Shown piece by piece: positions 36,425 through 44,799 of a stretch of DNA of 64,000 bases (positions are counted from its first letter, which is position 1; each line of letters opens with the position of its first letter). The notes below the pieces were generated by a model, which worked only from the letters and a program-made list of their open reading frames with translations, did no database searches and was not told where the DNA came from. The DNA comes from an uncultured Actinomycetes bacterium (lineage in GTDB: Bacteria > Actinomycetota > Thermoleophilia > Gaiellales > JAICJC01), in contig CAVVAA010000004.1 in the NCBI GenBank assembly GCA_963746115.1, positions 431,218-495,217 of the forward strand, given 5' to 3'. The position numbers were made by a program, and so were the translations under genes.

Positions 36425-36772
36425 CTACTTGATGCTGACCACGAGCCGCAGGCGACCCGCATGTGGGACGTGGATCACGTGTGGCACGGTCACCGGTGGT
36501 AGGCCGCCCGTCCTGATGCTGACCGTGTACGTCCCGGGAGCCACGTCGAAGGCGAACCGGCCCTGTCGGTCGGTGCGGACGTCGGCCGACTCGCCATCAC
36601 CCTCGATCTCCAGGCGCACACCGGGCATCGCGACCGGCCCGCCCGCTGCAGGGCCGCCGATGCGCACGAGCGTGCCGTGCGTGTGGACCGGCCTGGAGCT
36701 CGCGGTCGATCCGCTTCCACATGCGGAGACGAGGAGGACGGCGAGCAGCACGACCGCGCGGGACCAATTCAT
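36425..36772 (-). CDS. Small lipoprotein with carboxypeptidase-regulatory-like (Ig-like beta-sandwich) domain
   Basis: Last 115 codons of track ORF 36425..37972(-), from ATG 36772. MNWSRAVVLLAVLLVSACGSG (lipobox LVSAC). VRLEIEGDGESADVRTDRQGRFAFDVAPGTYTVSI. Confidence 0.6.
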   Translation of the reverse strand: MNWSRAVVLLAVLLVSACGSGSTASSRPVHTHGTLVRIGGPAAGGPVAMPGVRLEIEGDGESADVRTDRQGRFAFDVAPGTYTVSIRTGGLPPVTVPHVIHVPHAGRLRLVVSIK

Positions 36773-36791
36773 GGCATTTGGACCGTAGAAT
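36761..36791 (+). promoter_or_regulatory. Candidate operator/promoter upstream of the SDR-GntR genes: everted GGACCA (36761-36766) / TGGACC (36779-36784), then -10-like TAGAAT (36786-36791)
   Basis: Same everted GACCA...TGG(A/T)C arrangement as at 30188-30218. Sits in a 54-bp divergent gap. Confidence 0.25.
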
Positions 36792-36826
36792 GGGCCGCCC
36801 GGTTCCACCGATCGCACGAGGAGGAG

Positions 36827-37612
36827 ATGATGTTCACCCCACTCACCGGCCGGACGGTGCTCGTCACCGGCGGCACCAAGGGCATCGGCAAGGGCATCGC
36901 GGGCGAGTTCGCAGCTGCGGGCTGCAACGTCGCCCTGAGCGGCCGCGGCGAACATGCCGGCGAGCAGGCGGTGCTCGACCTCGAAGCGCGCGGCGGCCAC
37001 GTCTCCTTCTACAAGGGCGACGTCGCCAGGGCCGACGACTGCGAGCGGGTGGCGTCCGAGGTCGCCTCGCGCTACGGCGGCATCGACATCGTCTGCGCCA
37101 ACGCCGGCGTCTTCCCCGACGTCAAGCTGGCGGACATGACCGAGGACGACATCGACACGATCTTCGCGACCAACGTCAAGGGCACCATGCTGACGGTGAA
37201 GGCCTGCCTGCCCCACCTGGAGCGCTCCGGCCACGGCCGGGTGATCCTGACGAGCTCGATCACCGGCCCGATCACCGGGTTCCCGGGCTGGTCGCACTAC
37301 GGCGCGACGAAGGCGGCCCAGCTCGGCTTTCTGCGCACCGCCTGCATCGAGCTCGCGCCGAAGCGGATCACGGTGAACGCCGTCCTGCCGGGCAACGTCG
37401 AGTCGGAGGGGATGGACGAGCTCGGCCCCGAGTACCGGGCATCGATGGAGGCGTCGATCCCGCTCGGCCGCCTCGGCTACCCGTCGGAGATCGGGGCGGC
37501 GGCGGTGTTCCTGGCGACCGACGAGGCGGGCTACATCACCGGCCAGACCATCGTGGTCGACGGCGGCCAGATACAGCCCGAGTCGCTGGCCGCGCTCGAG
37601 GCCGCCCGGTAG
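36827..37612 (+). CDS. Short-chain dehydrogenase/reductase (FabG-like). In RMM-type loci this is the aminopropanol/aminoacetone dehydrogenase.
   Basis: ATG 36827 after GAGGAGGAG, within track ORF 36677..37612. VLVTGGTKGIGKGIA...NAGV...SSITG...YGATKAA. Confidence 0.88.
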   Translation: MMFTPLTGRTVLVTGGTKGIGKGIAGEFAAAGCNVALSGRGEHAGEQAVLDLEARGGHVSFYKGDVARADDCERVASEVASRYGGIDIVCANAGVFPDVKLADMTEDDIDTIFATNVKGTMLTVKACLPHLERSGHGRVILTSSITGPITGFPGWSHYGATKAAQLGFLRTACIELAPKRITVNAVLPGNVESEGMDELGPEYRASMEASIPLGRLGYPSEIGAAAVFLATDEAGYITGQTIVVDGGQIQPESLAALEAAR

Positions 37613-37619
37613 GGGCGCC

Positions 37620-38414
37620 GTGACCGAGCCCGTCCCCGGACTGCCCGCCGCCTTCGCGCCGCTCGGGCCGGCGGCGGCGGGCCTGCGCGACCGCCTCGCC
37701 GCCGAGATCGAGTCCGGCGCGCCAGGCCCGGGCGAGCGCCTGGGCGCCGAGCGCGAGCTCGCCGCCCGGCTGGGGGTGAGCCGCTCGACGCTGCGCGCCG
37801 CCCTGGATGCGCTCGAGACGGCGGGGGTCGTGCACCGCGTCCGCGGCCGGTCGGGCGGCATCTTCGTCTCGGAGCGGCGGGTCGAGCGCGACCTGACGAG
37901 CCTCACCAGCCTGCCGGCGTACATGCGCCGCCAGGGGTTCCAGTCCGGCGCCCGCGTGCTCTCGACGGCCACGGTCGGCGCCGACGCCGAGGCAGCCGCG
38001 GCCCTCGACGTGCCCGAGGGCGCGCTCGTGCTCGAGGTCGTCCGCGTCCGCCTCGCCGACGAGCAGCCGATCTCGCTCGAGCGGGCCCGCTTCCCCGCCG
38101 ACCGTTTCCCCGGGCTGCTCGACCGCTCGCTGTCGGGATCGCTGTACGAGCTGCTCGAGTCCGGCTACGGCCTGCGCCCGAGCGAGGCCGAGGAGCGGGT
38201 CGAGGTGGTCGGCGCGACGGCCGCCGAGGCCCGCGTGCTCGAGGTGCGCGCGGGCGCGCCGCTGGTGTCGATCGCCCGCACGGCCTGGTCGGAGGACGGC
38301 CGCCCGTTCGAGCGCTCGAACGACCTGTTCCGGGCCGACCGGGTGCGCATCGTCGTGCGCGTGCGCACGCGCGACCCGCATTCGCTGGGAAGCGCCGTCG
38401 AGGTCGTCCGCTAG
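37620..38414 (+). CDS. GntR-family transcriptional regulator, HutC subfamily (UTRA effector domain)
   Basis: 264-aa ORF. GERLGAERELAARLGVSRSTLRAALDALETAGVVHRVRGRSGGIFV, followed by a UTRA-like C-terminal half. Confidence 0.85.
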   Translation: MTEPVPGLPAAFAPLGPAAAGLRDRLAAEIESGAPGPGERLGAERELAARLGVSRSTLRAALDALETAGVVHRVRGRSGGIFVSERRVERDLTSLTSLPAYMRRQGFQSGARVLSTATVGADAEAAAALDVPEGALVLEVVRVRLADEQPISLERARFPADRFPGLLDRSLSGSLYELLESGYGLRPSEAEERVEVVGATAAEARVLEVRAGAPLVSIARTAWSEDGRPFERSNDLFRADRVRIVVRVRTRDPHSLGSAVEVVR

Positions 38415-38425
38415 CAGGGGCGTGG

Positions 38426-38923
38426 GTGGTGACCGAGTTACAGCAACTGCGAGCCGACCATGCAGTGGCGGTTCTCGCCTTCGAGCTGGCAAACCGCGCG
38501 TACTTCGCTGCGTCGATCTCCGACCGGGGCGATGCGTTCTTTGACGAGTTCACCGCACGGCACCGCGCCCTGCTGGACGAGCAGGACGCCGGCATCGGCG
38601 CGTTCTACGTGCTCGTCGCCGAAGATGGCTCGGTCCTGGGCCGGTTCAACCTGGTCTTTGTCGACCATGGGACGGCGGAGCTCGGGTACCGGGTCGCGCA
38701 GCACGTCGCCGGACGCGGCGTGGCGACAGAGACCGTGCGGGAACTCTGCCGGCTGGCCGCGACCCGTCACGGCCTGCGGAGGCTCAGGGCAGCCACCGCC
38801 TGTGAGAATGTCGCCTCCCGGAAGGTGCTGGCCAACGCCGGGTTCGTCGCGGTCGGCCCGGCCGATCCAGCCGACATCGGCGGAAAGCCGGGCACCTGGT
38901 ACGAGCGCGCCATCGCTGAATAA
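38426..38923 (+). CDS. GNAT-family N-acetyltransferase (RimJ/RimL-like)
   Basis: 165-aa ORF. ELGYRVAQHVAGRGVATETVRELCRLA...RLRAATACENVASRKVLANAGF. Confidence 0.8.
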   Translation: MVTELQQLRADHAVAVLAFELANRAYFAASISDRGDAFFDEFTARHRALLDEQDAGIGAFYVLVAEDGSVLGRFNLVFVDHGTAELGYRVAQHVAGRGVATETVRELCRLAATRHGLRRLRAATACENVASRKVLANAGFVAVGPADPADIGGKPGTWYERAIAE

Positions 38924-38949
38924 ACGGGGTCTGACCCCGTTTATTCAGC
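38915..38949. terminator. Extended family-C palindrome (35-nt perfect inverted repeat around GGGGTCTGACCCC), a putative bidirectional terminator hairpin
   Basis: GCTGAATAAACGGGGTC-T-GACCCCGTTTATTCAGC. The TAA stop of the GNAT gene (38921-38923) lies inside the left arm. There is no obvious U-tract. Confidence 0.55.
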
Positions 38950-39070
38950 TGGGGGGCGCCAGGCGGCCTGGGAGCGGGCCACGCAGCAGGAGCGGCCGAC
39001 GCGGCAGATGAGCCGGTCGAGCGTGCGCAGGATGCGGGCGGCGGTCGCCATCCGTCCACGGTAGCCCAAA

Positions 39071-40045
39071 GTGCCATACTCCCCGGAAGCGATGGCCGAG
39101 CACGTCATCACCCGCGACGCGCCCACCCACCGCAGCTGGGACGTGGACACGGAGCCGGTCGTGCGGATCCGGCCCGGCGACGTCGTCACCGCCGAGACCG
39201 ACGACTTCGCGGGCGGCCAGATCACCCGCACCTCCACCGCGGCCGACCTGCCCCGGCTCGACTTCGACCTGATCTACCCGCTCGCCGGGCCGATCTACGT
39301 CGAAGGCGCCGAGCCCGGCGACGCGGTCGCGATCGAGTTCCTCGAGTTCGAGCTCCCCGAGTGGGGCTGGGCCTGCATCATCCCCGGCCTCGGGCTGCTC
39401 CCGCCGGGCGAGTTCACCGATCCGTACATCAAGTTCTTCGACCTGACCGGCGGCGCCGAGATGGACTTCGCGCCCGGCGTGCGCCTGCCGATCGAGCCGT
39501 TCTGCGGCACGACGGGGGTGCCCGGCGCCGGGATGCACGGCGTGCCCATCCCGCCGCCGCACGCCGGTGGCGGCAACATCGACTGCCGCCACCTGACGAA
39601 GGGGACGACGCTGTACCTGCCCGTCGGCGCGCCGGGCGCGCTCGTCTCGCTGGGCGACGCCCACGCCGCCCAGGGCGACGGCGAGGTGGCGATCTCCGGC
39701 GTCGAGTGCGCGATGCGGACGACGCTGCGGATCACCGTCGAGCGGGGCATGAACCTGCGCGCCCCGGCGCTGCGGCGGCGGCCCGGTCCGCTGACTCCGC
39801 GCGTCGACCGCGGCGGCTGGTTCGCGACGACCGGCGTCGAGCCCGACCTGATGGAGGCGTCCCGCTCGGCCGTCCGCGCGATGATCGAGCACCTGGTCGC
39901 ACGCCGCGGCCTCACACGTGAGGACGCTTACATGTTGTGCTCGCTTGCGGGTGATCTGAAGGTCACCGAGGTCGTCGATGCGCCAAACTGGATGGTGGGC
40001 TGCTTCATGCCCGACGCGGTGTTCACCAACCAGGAGGTCGCGTGA
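39071..40045 (+). CDS. Acetamidase/formamidase-family amidohydrolase
   Basis: 324-aa ORF. PLAGPIYVEGAEPGDAVAIEFLE...WGWACIIPGLGLL...GGNIDCRHLTKGTTLYLPV...LVSLGDAHAAQGDGEV. Confidence 0.85.
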   Translation: MPYSPEAMAEHVITRDAPTHRSWDVDTEPVVRIRPGDVVTAETDDFAGGQITRTSTAADLPRLDFDLIYPLAGPIYVEGAEPGDAVAIEFLEFELPEWGWACIIPGLGLLPPGEFTDPYIKFFDLTGGAEMDFAPGVRLPIEPFCGTTGVPGAGMHGVPIPPPHAGGGNIDCRHLTKGTTLYLPVGAPGALVSLGDAHAAQGDGEVAISGVECAMRTTLRITVERGMNLRAPALRRRPGPLTPRVDRGGWFATTGVEPDLMEASRSAVRAMIEHLVARRGLTREDAYMLCSLAGDLKVTEVVDAPNWMVGCFMPDAVFTNQEVA

Positions 40046-40488
40046 TGCACGACGTGGCGATGAGAGAGTCCCTCGAGCGGCTGGCGGAGCACGACGGCGG
40101 GAGGCGGCTTCTGCAGCTCGCCCTCCGCAGCATCGAGCGCGGCGACCACGAGCTCGTCTCCGGCTGCTGGACGCGCAAGGGCGACGCCGGATGCCTGTTC
40201 CAGCACGCCTACTGGCAGGGCGTGGCCGACGGCGTCTTCGCCGACGACGGCCGTGCCCGGGCCTGGGTCAGCGGCGTCGCCGGCAAGGACTACGACCGTG
40301 TGATCGACGTGATCGCGGCCTTCGACAAGCTCGCGCGGGCGGAGTACGCCGTCGAGCAGCGCCGCTTCCGGCCGCCCGTGCTCGACCGTGAGCGCTGGCG
40401 CGAGCGCGTCTCCGCGCTGCTCGTCGAGGTGCTCGGCGCGGGCGGCGACCGCACTCCGGGAGCCCTGCTCGACCCCGTCACGGCCTAG
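40042..40488 (+). CDS. Hypothetical protein, 148 aa, translationally coupled to the amidase
   Basis: GTGATG overlap with the amidase stop (40043-40045). No family recognised. Contains CWTRKGDAGCLFQHAYW. Confidence 0.5.
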   Translation: MMHDVAMRESLERLAEHDGGRRLLQLALRSIERGDHELVSGCWTRKGDAGCLFQHAYWQGVADGVFADDGRARAWVSGVAGKDYDRVIDVIAAFDKLARAEYAVEQRRFRPPVLDRERWRERVSALLVEVLGAGGDRTPGALLDPVTA

Positions 40489-40505
40489 CAGCCCCTCTGC
40501 AGGGC

Positions 40506-40556
40506 TTGACCTCCGCGCGCCGTAAATGGTACAAACGGCTCCATAGCTGTCTGACA
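40506..40556 (+). promoter_or_regulatory. Candidate promoter/operator upstream of the permease: TTGACC (40506-40511) and palindrome TGTCTGACA (40548-40556)
   Basis: The lowest-GC stretch between 40489 and 40602. GTCTGAC resembles a compact GntR/HutC GT-N-AC core. RBS GAGGGAGGTGG precedes ATG 40603. Confidence 0.25.
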
Positions 40557-40602
40557 ACTTCCGGCGGGCTTGAGGCCGGAACACCTAGAGGGAGGTGGTC
40601 GA

Positions 40603-42190
40603 ATGAGCAGTGAAGGCGGAGGCATGCACGAGCATCACGAGGGCATGCTTCCCGTGGTCGACAGCGTCGACGTTTCGGCGCGCGATGACGTCCACAAGCT
40701 GCACGGCGGCGCGATCGGTCTCTGGGGGGTGCTCTTCCTCACAGTGACCGGATCGGCGCCGATCTCGGCGATGCTCTTCAACACGCCGATCTCGATGGGC
40801 TTCGGAAACGGCCTCGGCACACCGGCCGGCTTCATGATCGCCACCGTCGTGCTGACCATCTTCTCGGTCGGCTACGTGGCGATGGCCCGCAAGGTCACCG
40901 CCGCGGGCGGCTTCTACAGCTTCATCAGCCACGGCCTCGGCCGTGAGCTCGGGATGGCGTCGGGACTGTCCATGGTCGTGGCGTACTCCGTGTTCGAGGT
41001 ATCGCTCATCGGCGGGTTCGCCTACTTCGCGACGCTCAAGCTGAACCAGTACGGCTACAACCCGTCGTGGTACTGGCCCGCGCTGTTCATGATCGTCCTG
41101 ATCTCGGTGCTCGCCTACTTCGACGTGCACATCTCCGCCCGGGTGCTGGGCGTGGCGCTGATCTGCGAGATCGTGCTCCTGCTGGTGTTCGACCTGGTCG
41201 TCTTCGGCCACGGCGGCAACAACATCCAGCTCGCCGCGATCAACCCGGTCAACGCGTTCAAGGGGCTCGGAGCCAGCGGCTCCGGCAACACGGCCGTCGC
41301 CGCCGGCGCCGCCGGGATCGGCATCTTCTTCGCCTTCTGGTCGTGGGTCGGCTTCGAGATGGCCCCGAACTACGGCGAGGAGTCGAAGAACCCCAAGAAG
41401 ATCGTGCCGAGGGCGATGTACATCTCGGTGATCGGCCTCGGGATCTTCTACACGGTCACCTCATGGGCCGCGATCTCGGGGTATCACTCCACCCAGGAAG
41501 CGGCCTTCGTGGCCCAGAACCAGTCGGCCGAGTTCTTCTTCATCCCGGCGAAGGAGTTCGGGAACGAGTTCCTGAAGGACGCGCTCAGCTGGTTCATCAT
41601 CACCGGCTCGTTCGCCTGCGGGATGGCGTTCCACAACACGACCGCGCGGTACATGTACTCGCTCGGCCGTGAGGGCGTCCTGCCCCGCGCGCTCGGGCGC
41701 ACGCACCCCAAGCACCGCAGTCCGCACATCGCATCGATCACGCAGTCGGTGATCGCGCTGATCATCGTGCGTGCTGTTCGTGACGCTGGCGAGCACCGGC
41801 GGCGACCCTGCGTCGTTCTCCGTCGCCTACCTGCAGGTGTACGGCCTGATGGCGGTGATGGGGGTCGTCTCGATCCTGGCCATCCAGGCGCTCGTCTCGA
41901 TCGCGATCGTGAACTACTTCCGCACCCACCATGCGGGCGACCATCACTGGTGGACGACGATGACCGCGCCGATCATCGCCGCGGTCACGCAGGCCTACGT
42001 GCTCTACCTGGCCATCGACAACCTCACGTTCCTGGGCGCCGGCTACTGGTACGCGAAGTGGCTGTGCTGGGCCGATCTCGCCATCTTCCTCGGCGGTATC
42101 GCCTACGCGTTCTACGTGAAGTCGAACGACCGGGCCAAGTACGAGGTGATCGGCCGTCTGATCAACGACGGCATGGACACTGCCGACTAG
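40603..42190 (+). pseudogene. APC-superfamily amino-acid/amine permease, one +1 frame break near 41770
   Basis: ATG 40603. MSSEGGGMHEHH...GLWGVLFLTVTGSAPISAM...FWSWVGFEMAPNYGEESKNPKK...SITQSVIALIIV | VLFVTLASTGGDPASFSVAYLQVYGLMAV... (track ORFs 40570..42324 and 41771..42190). Confidence 0.8.
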
Positions 42191-42223
42191 GCAGCCCACG
42201 CGGTGGTGTGGGGGCTTGCGCCC

Positions 42224-42896
42224 CTACACCACCGCCGCGGCGGCGTCGAGCGCGCAGCGCAGCTGCTCGTCGAGCGAGCCGCCCTCGACCAGACGGCCGT
42301 CCAGCGCGGCGGTGCCGATCGTGAAGGCCCACACGCCCCGCTCGGCCAGCGCCTGGATCCGGGCCGGCGAGTCGACCGAGCCGGCCGCGATCACGGGCAG
42401 CGACGTCGCGCCGACCACGGCCTCGACGAGCGCGTCGACGTCGCTTGTCGTAGCGGTAGGCGAGCAGGTTGATGCCGTCGACGCCGAGGCTCTCGGCCCT
42501 GCGGGCGTCCTCGGCGATGTCCTCGATCGAGCCGCGCAGGAGGCAGGGGTGGCCGACGATCTGGCCGACGTAGGGGAAGAACTTGATGCCCGTGCCGGCG
42601 ATGATCTCCTGCACCGGCTCGATCAGCGTGCCGCCGATCAGGTAGTCGGGGCCGATCTGCGCGGCCGCTCGGGCGGACTTGAGCGTATCCTCGGGCGTCT
42701 CGGACACGACCTCGAGGTGGGTCGTGTGGCCGTTTCGGCGGATGTCGTCCATGAGCGCGGAGAGCTCGTCGCGGGGCAGGCCCACGTCCTTGCAGCCGAC
42801 GTGGGTGACGCCGCTCTGGGCGATCGAGGCGTACACGGCTCTGGCGTCCGTGAGCGTCAGGTCGTCCCGCGTGAGCATGAAGATGAACTCGATCAC
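42224..42896 (-). pseudogene. TIM-barrel-like protein of uncertain family (phosphate-binding barrel, NanE/ThiE-like by eye), one frame break near 42445
   Basis: GTG 42896 with GGAGGA 6 nt upstream. VIEFIFMLTRDDLTLTDARAVYASIAQSGVTHVGCKDVGL...GINLLAYRYD | DVDALVEAVVGATSLPVIAAGSVDSPARIQALAERGVWAFTIGTA. Length 673 nt = 3n+1. Confidence 0.5.
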
Positions 42897-42908
42897 CAGA
42901 TCCTCCAA

Positions 42909-42931
42909 GTTGTAGGACAACTCGGTATGAT
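42909..42931. promoter_or_regulatory. Candidate GntR operator GTTGTAGGACAAC (42909-42921) plus -10-like TATGAT (42926-42931)
   Basis: Inverted repeat GTTGT-N3-ACAAC fits the generic GntR GT-Nx-AC pattern. It lies in the 75-bp divergent region between 42896(-) and 42972(+). A GntR gene lies two genes downstream. Confidence 0.35.
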
Positions 42932-42971
42932 ACTGGCTCACGACAACGGTGTGTGACGACGGGAGGGTGGA

Positions 42972-44030
42972 GTGCGAGCAGCGATCTGGGACGGCCCGGG
43001 CACGATGTCGGTGGGCACGGTGCCCGACGCCCGCTGCGCCGACGACGGCGTCCTCCTGCGTGTGACCGCCTGCGGCATCTGCGGGACCGACGTGCGCACC
43101 TTCTACAACGGCGACCGCCGCATCTCGCCGCCGTGGGTGCTGGGCCACGAGATCAGCGGCGAGCTGGTCGAGATCGGGGCGCGCGCCGCCGCCGAGATCG
43201 GCCAGATGGGGCTCTCGGTCGGCGACCGGGTGCACTGCATCTCGACGCTCTGGTGTGGCCGCTGCCGCCTCTGCCGCAGCGGCAACGAGCACCTGTGCGG
43301 GAACGGCGGGCTGATGGGGTTCGACTACCAGGGCGCCTACGCCGAGCTGGTCGCCATCCCGGAGGTCGCGCTCAAGAACCTCTTCCGCATCCCCGACGGC
43401 CTCTCCGACGTGCACGCCACGTTCACCGACCCGCTCTCGGACGCGATCTGCGGCCACAAGGACATCGCCGTCGGCCTGGACGACACCGTCGCCGTCATCG
43501 GCGCCGGCCCGGTGGGGACGGCCCACGCCGCCATCGCCCGGCTCGAGGGCGCCGGCCAGGTGCTGCTCGTCGAGACGGCCGCGGCCCGGCTCGACCTGGC
43601 CCGGGAGATCCTCGGCGACGAGCGCATGGCCTATGTCGACACGTCGAGCACCGACGGGCTCGCGGCGGTGCGCGCCGCGACGGAGGACATCGGCGCCGAC
43701 GTCGTCATCGTGGCGTGCTCGAGCGATGCCGCCCAGGAGGAGGCCATGGAGATGGCCGCGCCGCGCGGGCGGGTGCTCTTCTTCGGCGGCCTGCCCAAGG
43801 GCACGACCCATATCAACTTCCCCTCGAACGTCCTGCACTACCGGGAGGTGCAGGTGCACGGCTCCTACGCCTCCCGCCACCGCGACCAGGTGCACGCGCT
43901 CGACATGCTCGCGGACGACATCGGCGGCCTGCGCTCCGTTGTCTCGGACGTCGTCGACCTCGACAGCGCCCCGGCCGCGTTCGGACGCATCCGCGCCGGC
44001 GAGGTGCTGAAGGTCGTCGTGGAGCCCTGA
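42972..44030 (+). CDS. Zinc-dependent medium-chain alcohol dehydrogenase (threonine/sorbitol dehydrogenase-like)
   Basis: 352-aa ORF with GTG start after GGGAGGG. Catalytic Zn ACGICGTDV...GHE. Structural Zn CGRCRLCRSGNEHLC. Rossmann VIGAGPVG. Confidence 0.88.
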   Translation: MRAAIWDGPGTMSVGTVPDARCADDGVLLRVTACGICGTDVRTFYNGDRRISPPWVLGHEISGELVEIGARAAAEIGQMGLSVGDRVHCISTLWCGRCRLCRSGNEHLCGNGGLMGFDYQGAYAELVAIPEVALKNLFRIPDGLSDVHATFTDPLSDAICGHKDIAVGLDDTVAVIGAGPVGTAHAAIARLEGAGQVLLVETAAARLDLAREILGDERMAYVDTSSTDGLAAVRAATEDIGADVVIVACSSDAAQEEAMEMAAPRGRVLFFGGLPKGTTHINFPSNVLHYREVQVHGSYASRHRDQVHALDMLADDIGGLRSVVSDVVDLDSAPAAFGRIRAGEVLKVVVEP

Positions 44031-44049
44031 GGGCCGTAGGATCCCGGCG

Positions 44050-44799
44050 ATGACCACCCTGAACCGCCGCTCGCTGCGCCACTCGATCGCCGAGGGGCTG
44101 CGCGAGCGGGTGGTGGCGGGCGAGTTCGGGCCCGGCGACCGCCTCCCCGGCGAGCCGGAGCTGGCCCGCAGCCTCGGTGTGTCGCGCAGCTCGCTGCGGG
44201 CGGCGATCGCGCTGCTCGAGGAGGACGGCCTCGTCCGCCGGCTGCACGGGTCGGGCACCTACGTCACCGACCGGCCGCTGCTGCGGAACGACCTCAGCCG
44301 CAACTTCGGCGTCTCGTCCATGATCGCGGCGATGGGCCTCGAGCCGGGCACCGTCGACGAGACCTGCGCCGCCGAGCCGGCATCGCCCGAGGTCGCGACG
44401 GCGCTCGGGATCGAGCTCGGCGCGCCGACGAGCATGCTGCGCCGCGTCCGCACCGCGGGCGGTCGCCGGGTCGTCGACGAGACGGACTGGTGCCGCAGCG
44501 ACCTGCTCTCGCCGCCCGCGATGGCGGCCGCGGCGCAGGGCTCGGTGTACGCCGCGCTGGCCGAGCGGGGCGCGACCGTGCACCACGGCGTTGCGACGAT
44601 CACCCCCGACATCGCCATGGGCGACGTCGCCCTGCGGCTGGGGGTGCCCCGGGGCACGTTGCTCCTCACGCTCTGGCAGGTCGACAGCACCTCCGACGGC
44701 GCGGTCGCCATGGTCTCGCGCGAGCACCACCTGGCCGACGCGTTCGAGATCTCCGTCTACCGGCGCGGGCCGGGCGACGGCGCCGAGGACCCGCGGTGA
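44050..44799 (+). CDS. GntR-family transcriptional regulator (UTRA-type C-terminal domain)
   Basis: 249-aa ORF. GDRLPGEPELARSLGVSRSSLRAAIALLEEDGLVRRLHGSGTYV. Confidence 0.85.
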   Translation: MTTLNRRSLRHSIAEGLRERVVAGEFGPGDRLPGEPELARSLGVSRSSLRAAIALLEEDGLVRRLHGSGTYVTDRPLLRNDLSRNFGVSSMIAAMGLEPGTVDETCAAEPASPEVATALGIELGAPTSMLRRVRTAGGRRVVDETDWCRSDLLSPPAMAAAAQGSVYAALAERGATVHHGVATITPDIAMGDVALRLGVPRGTLLLTLWQVDSTSDGAVAMVSREHHLADAFEISVYRRGPGDGAEDPR

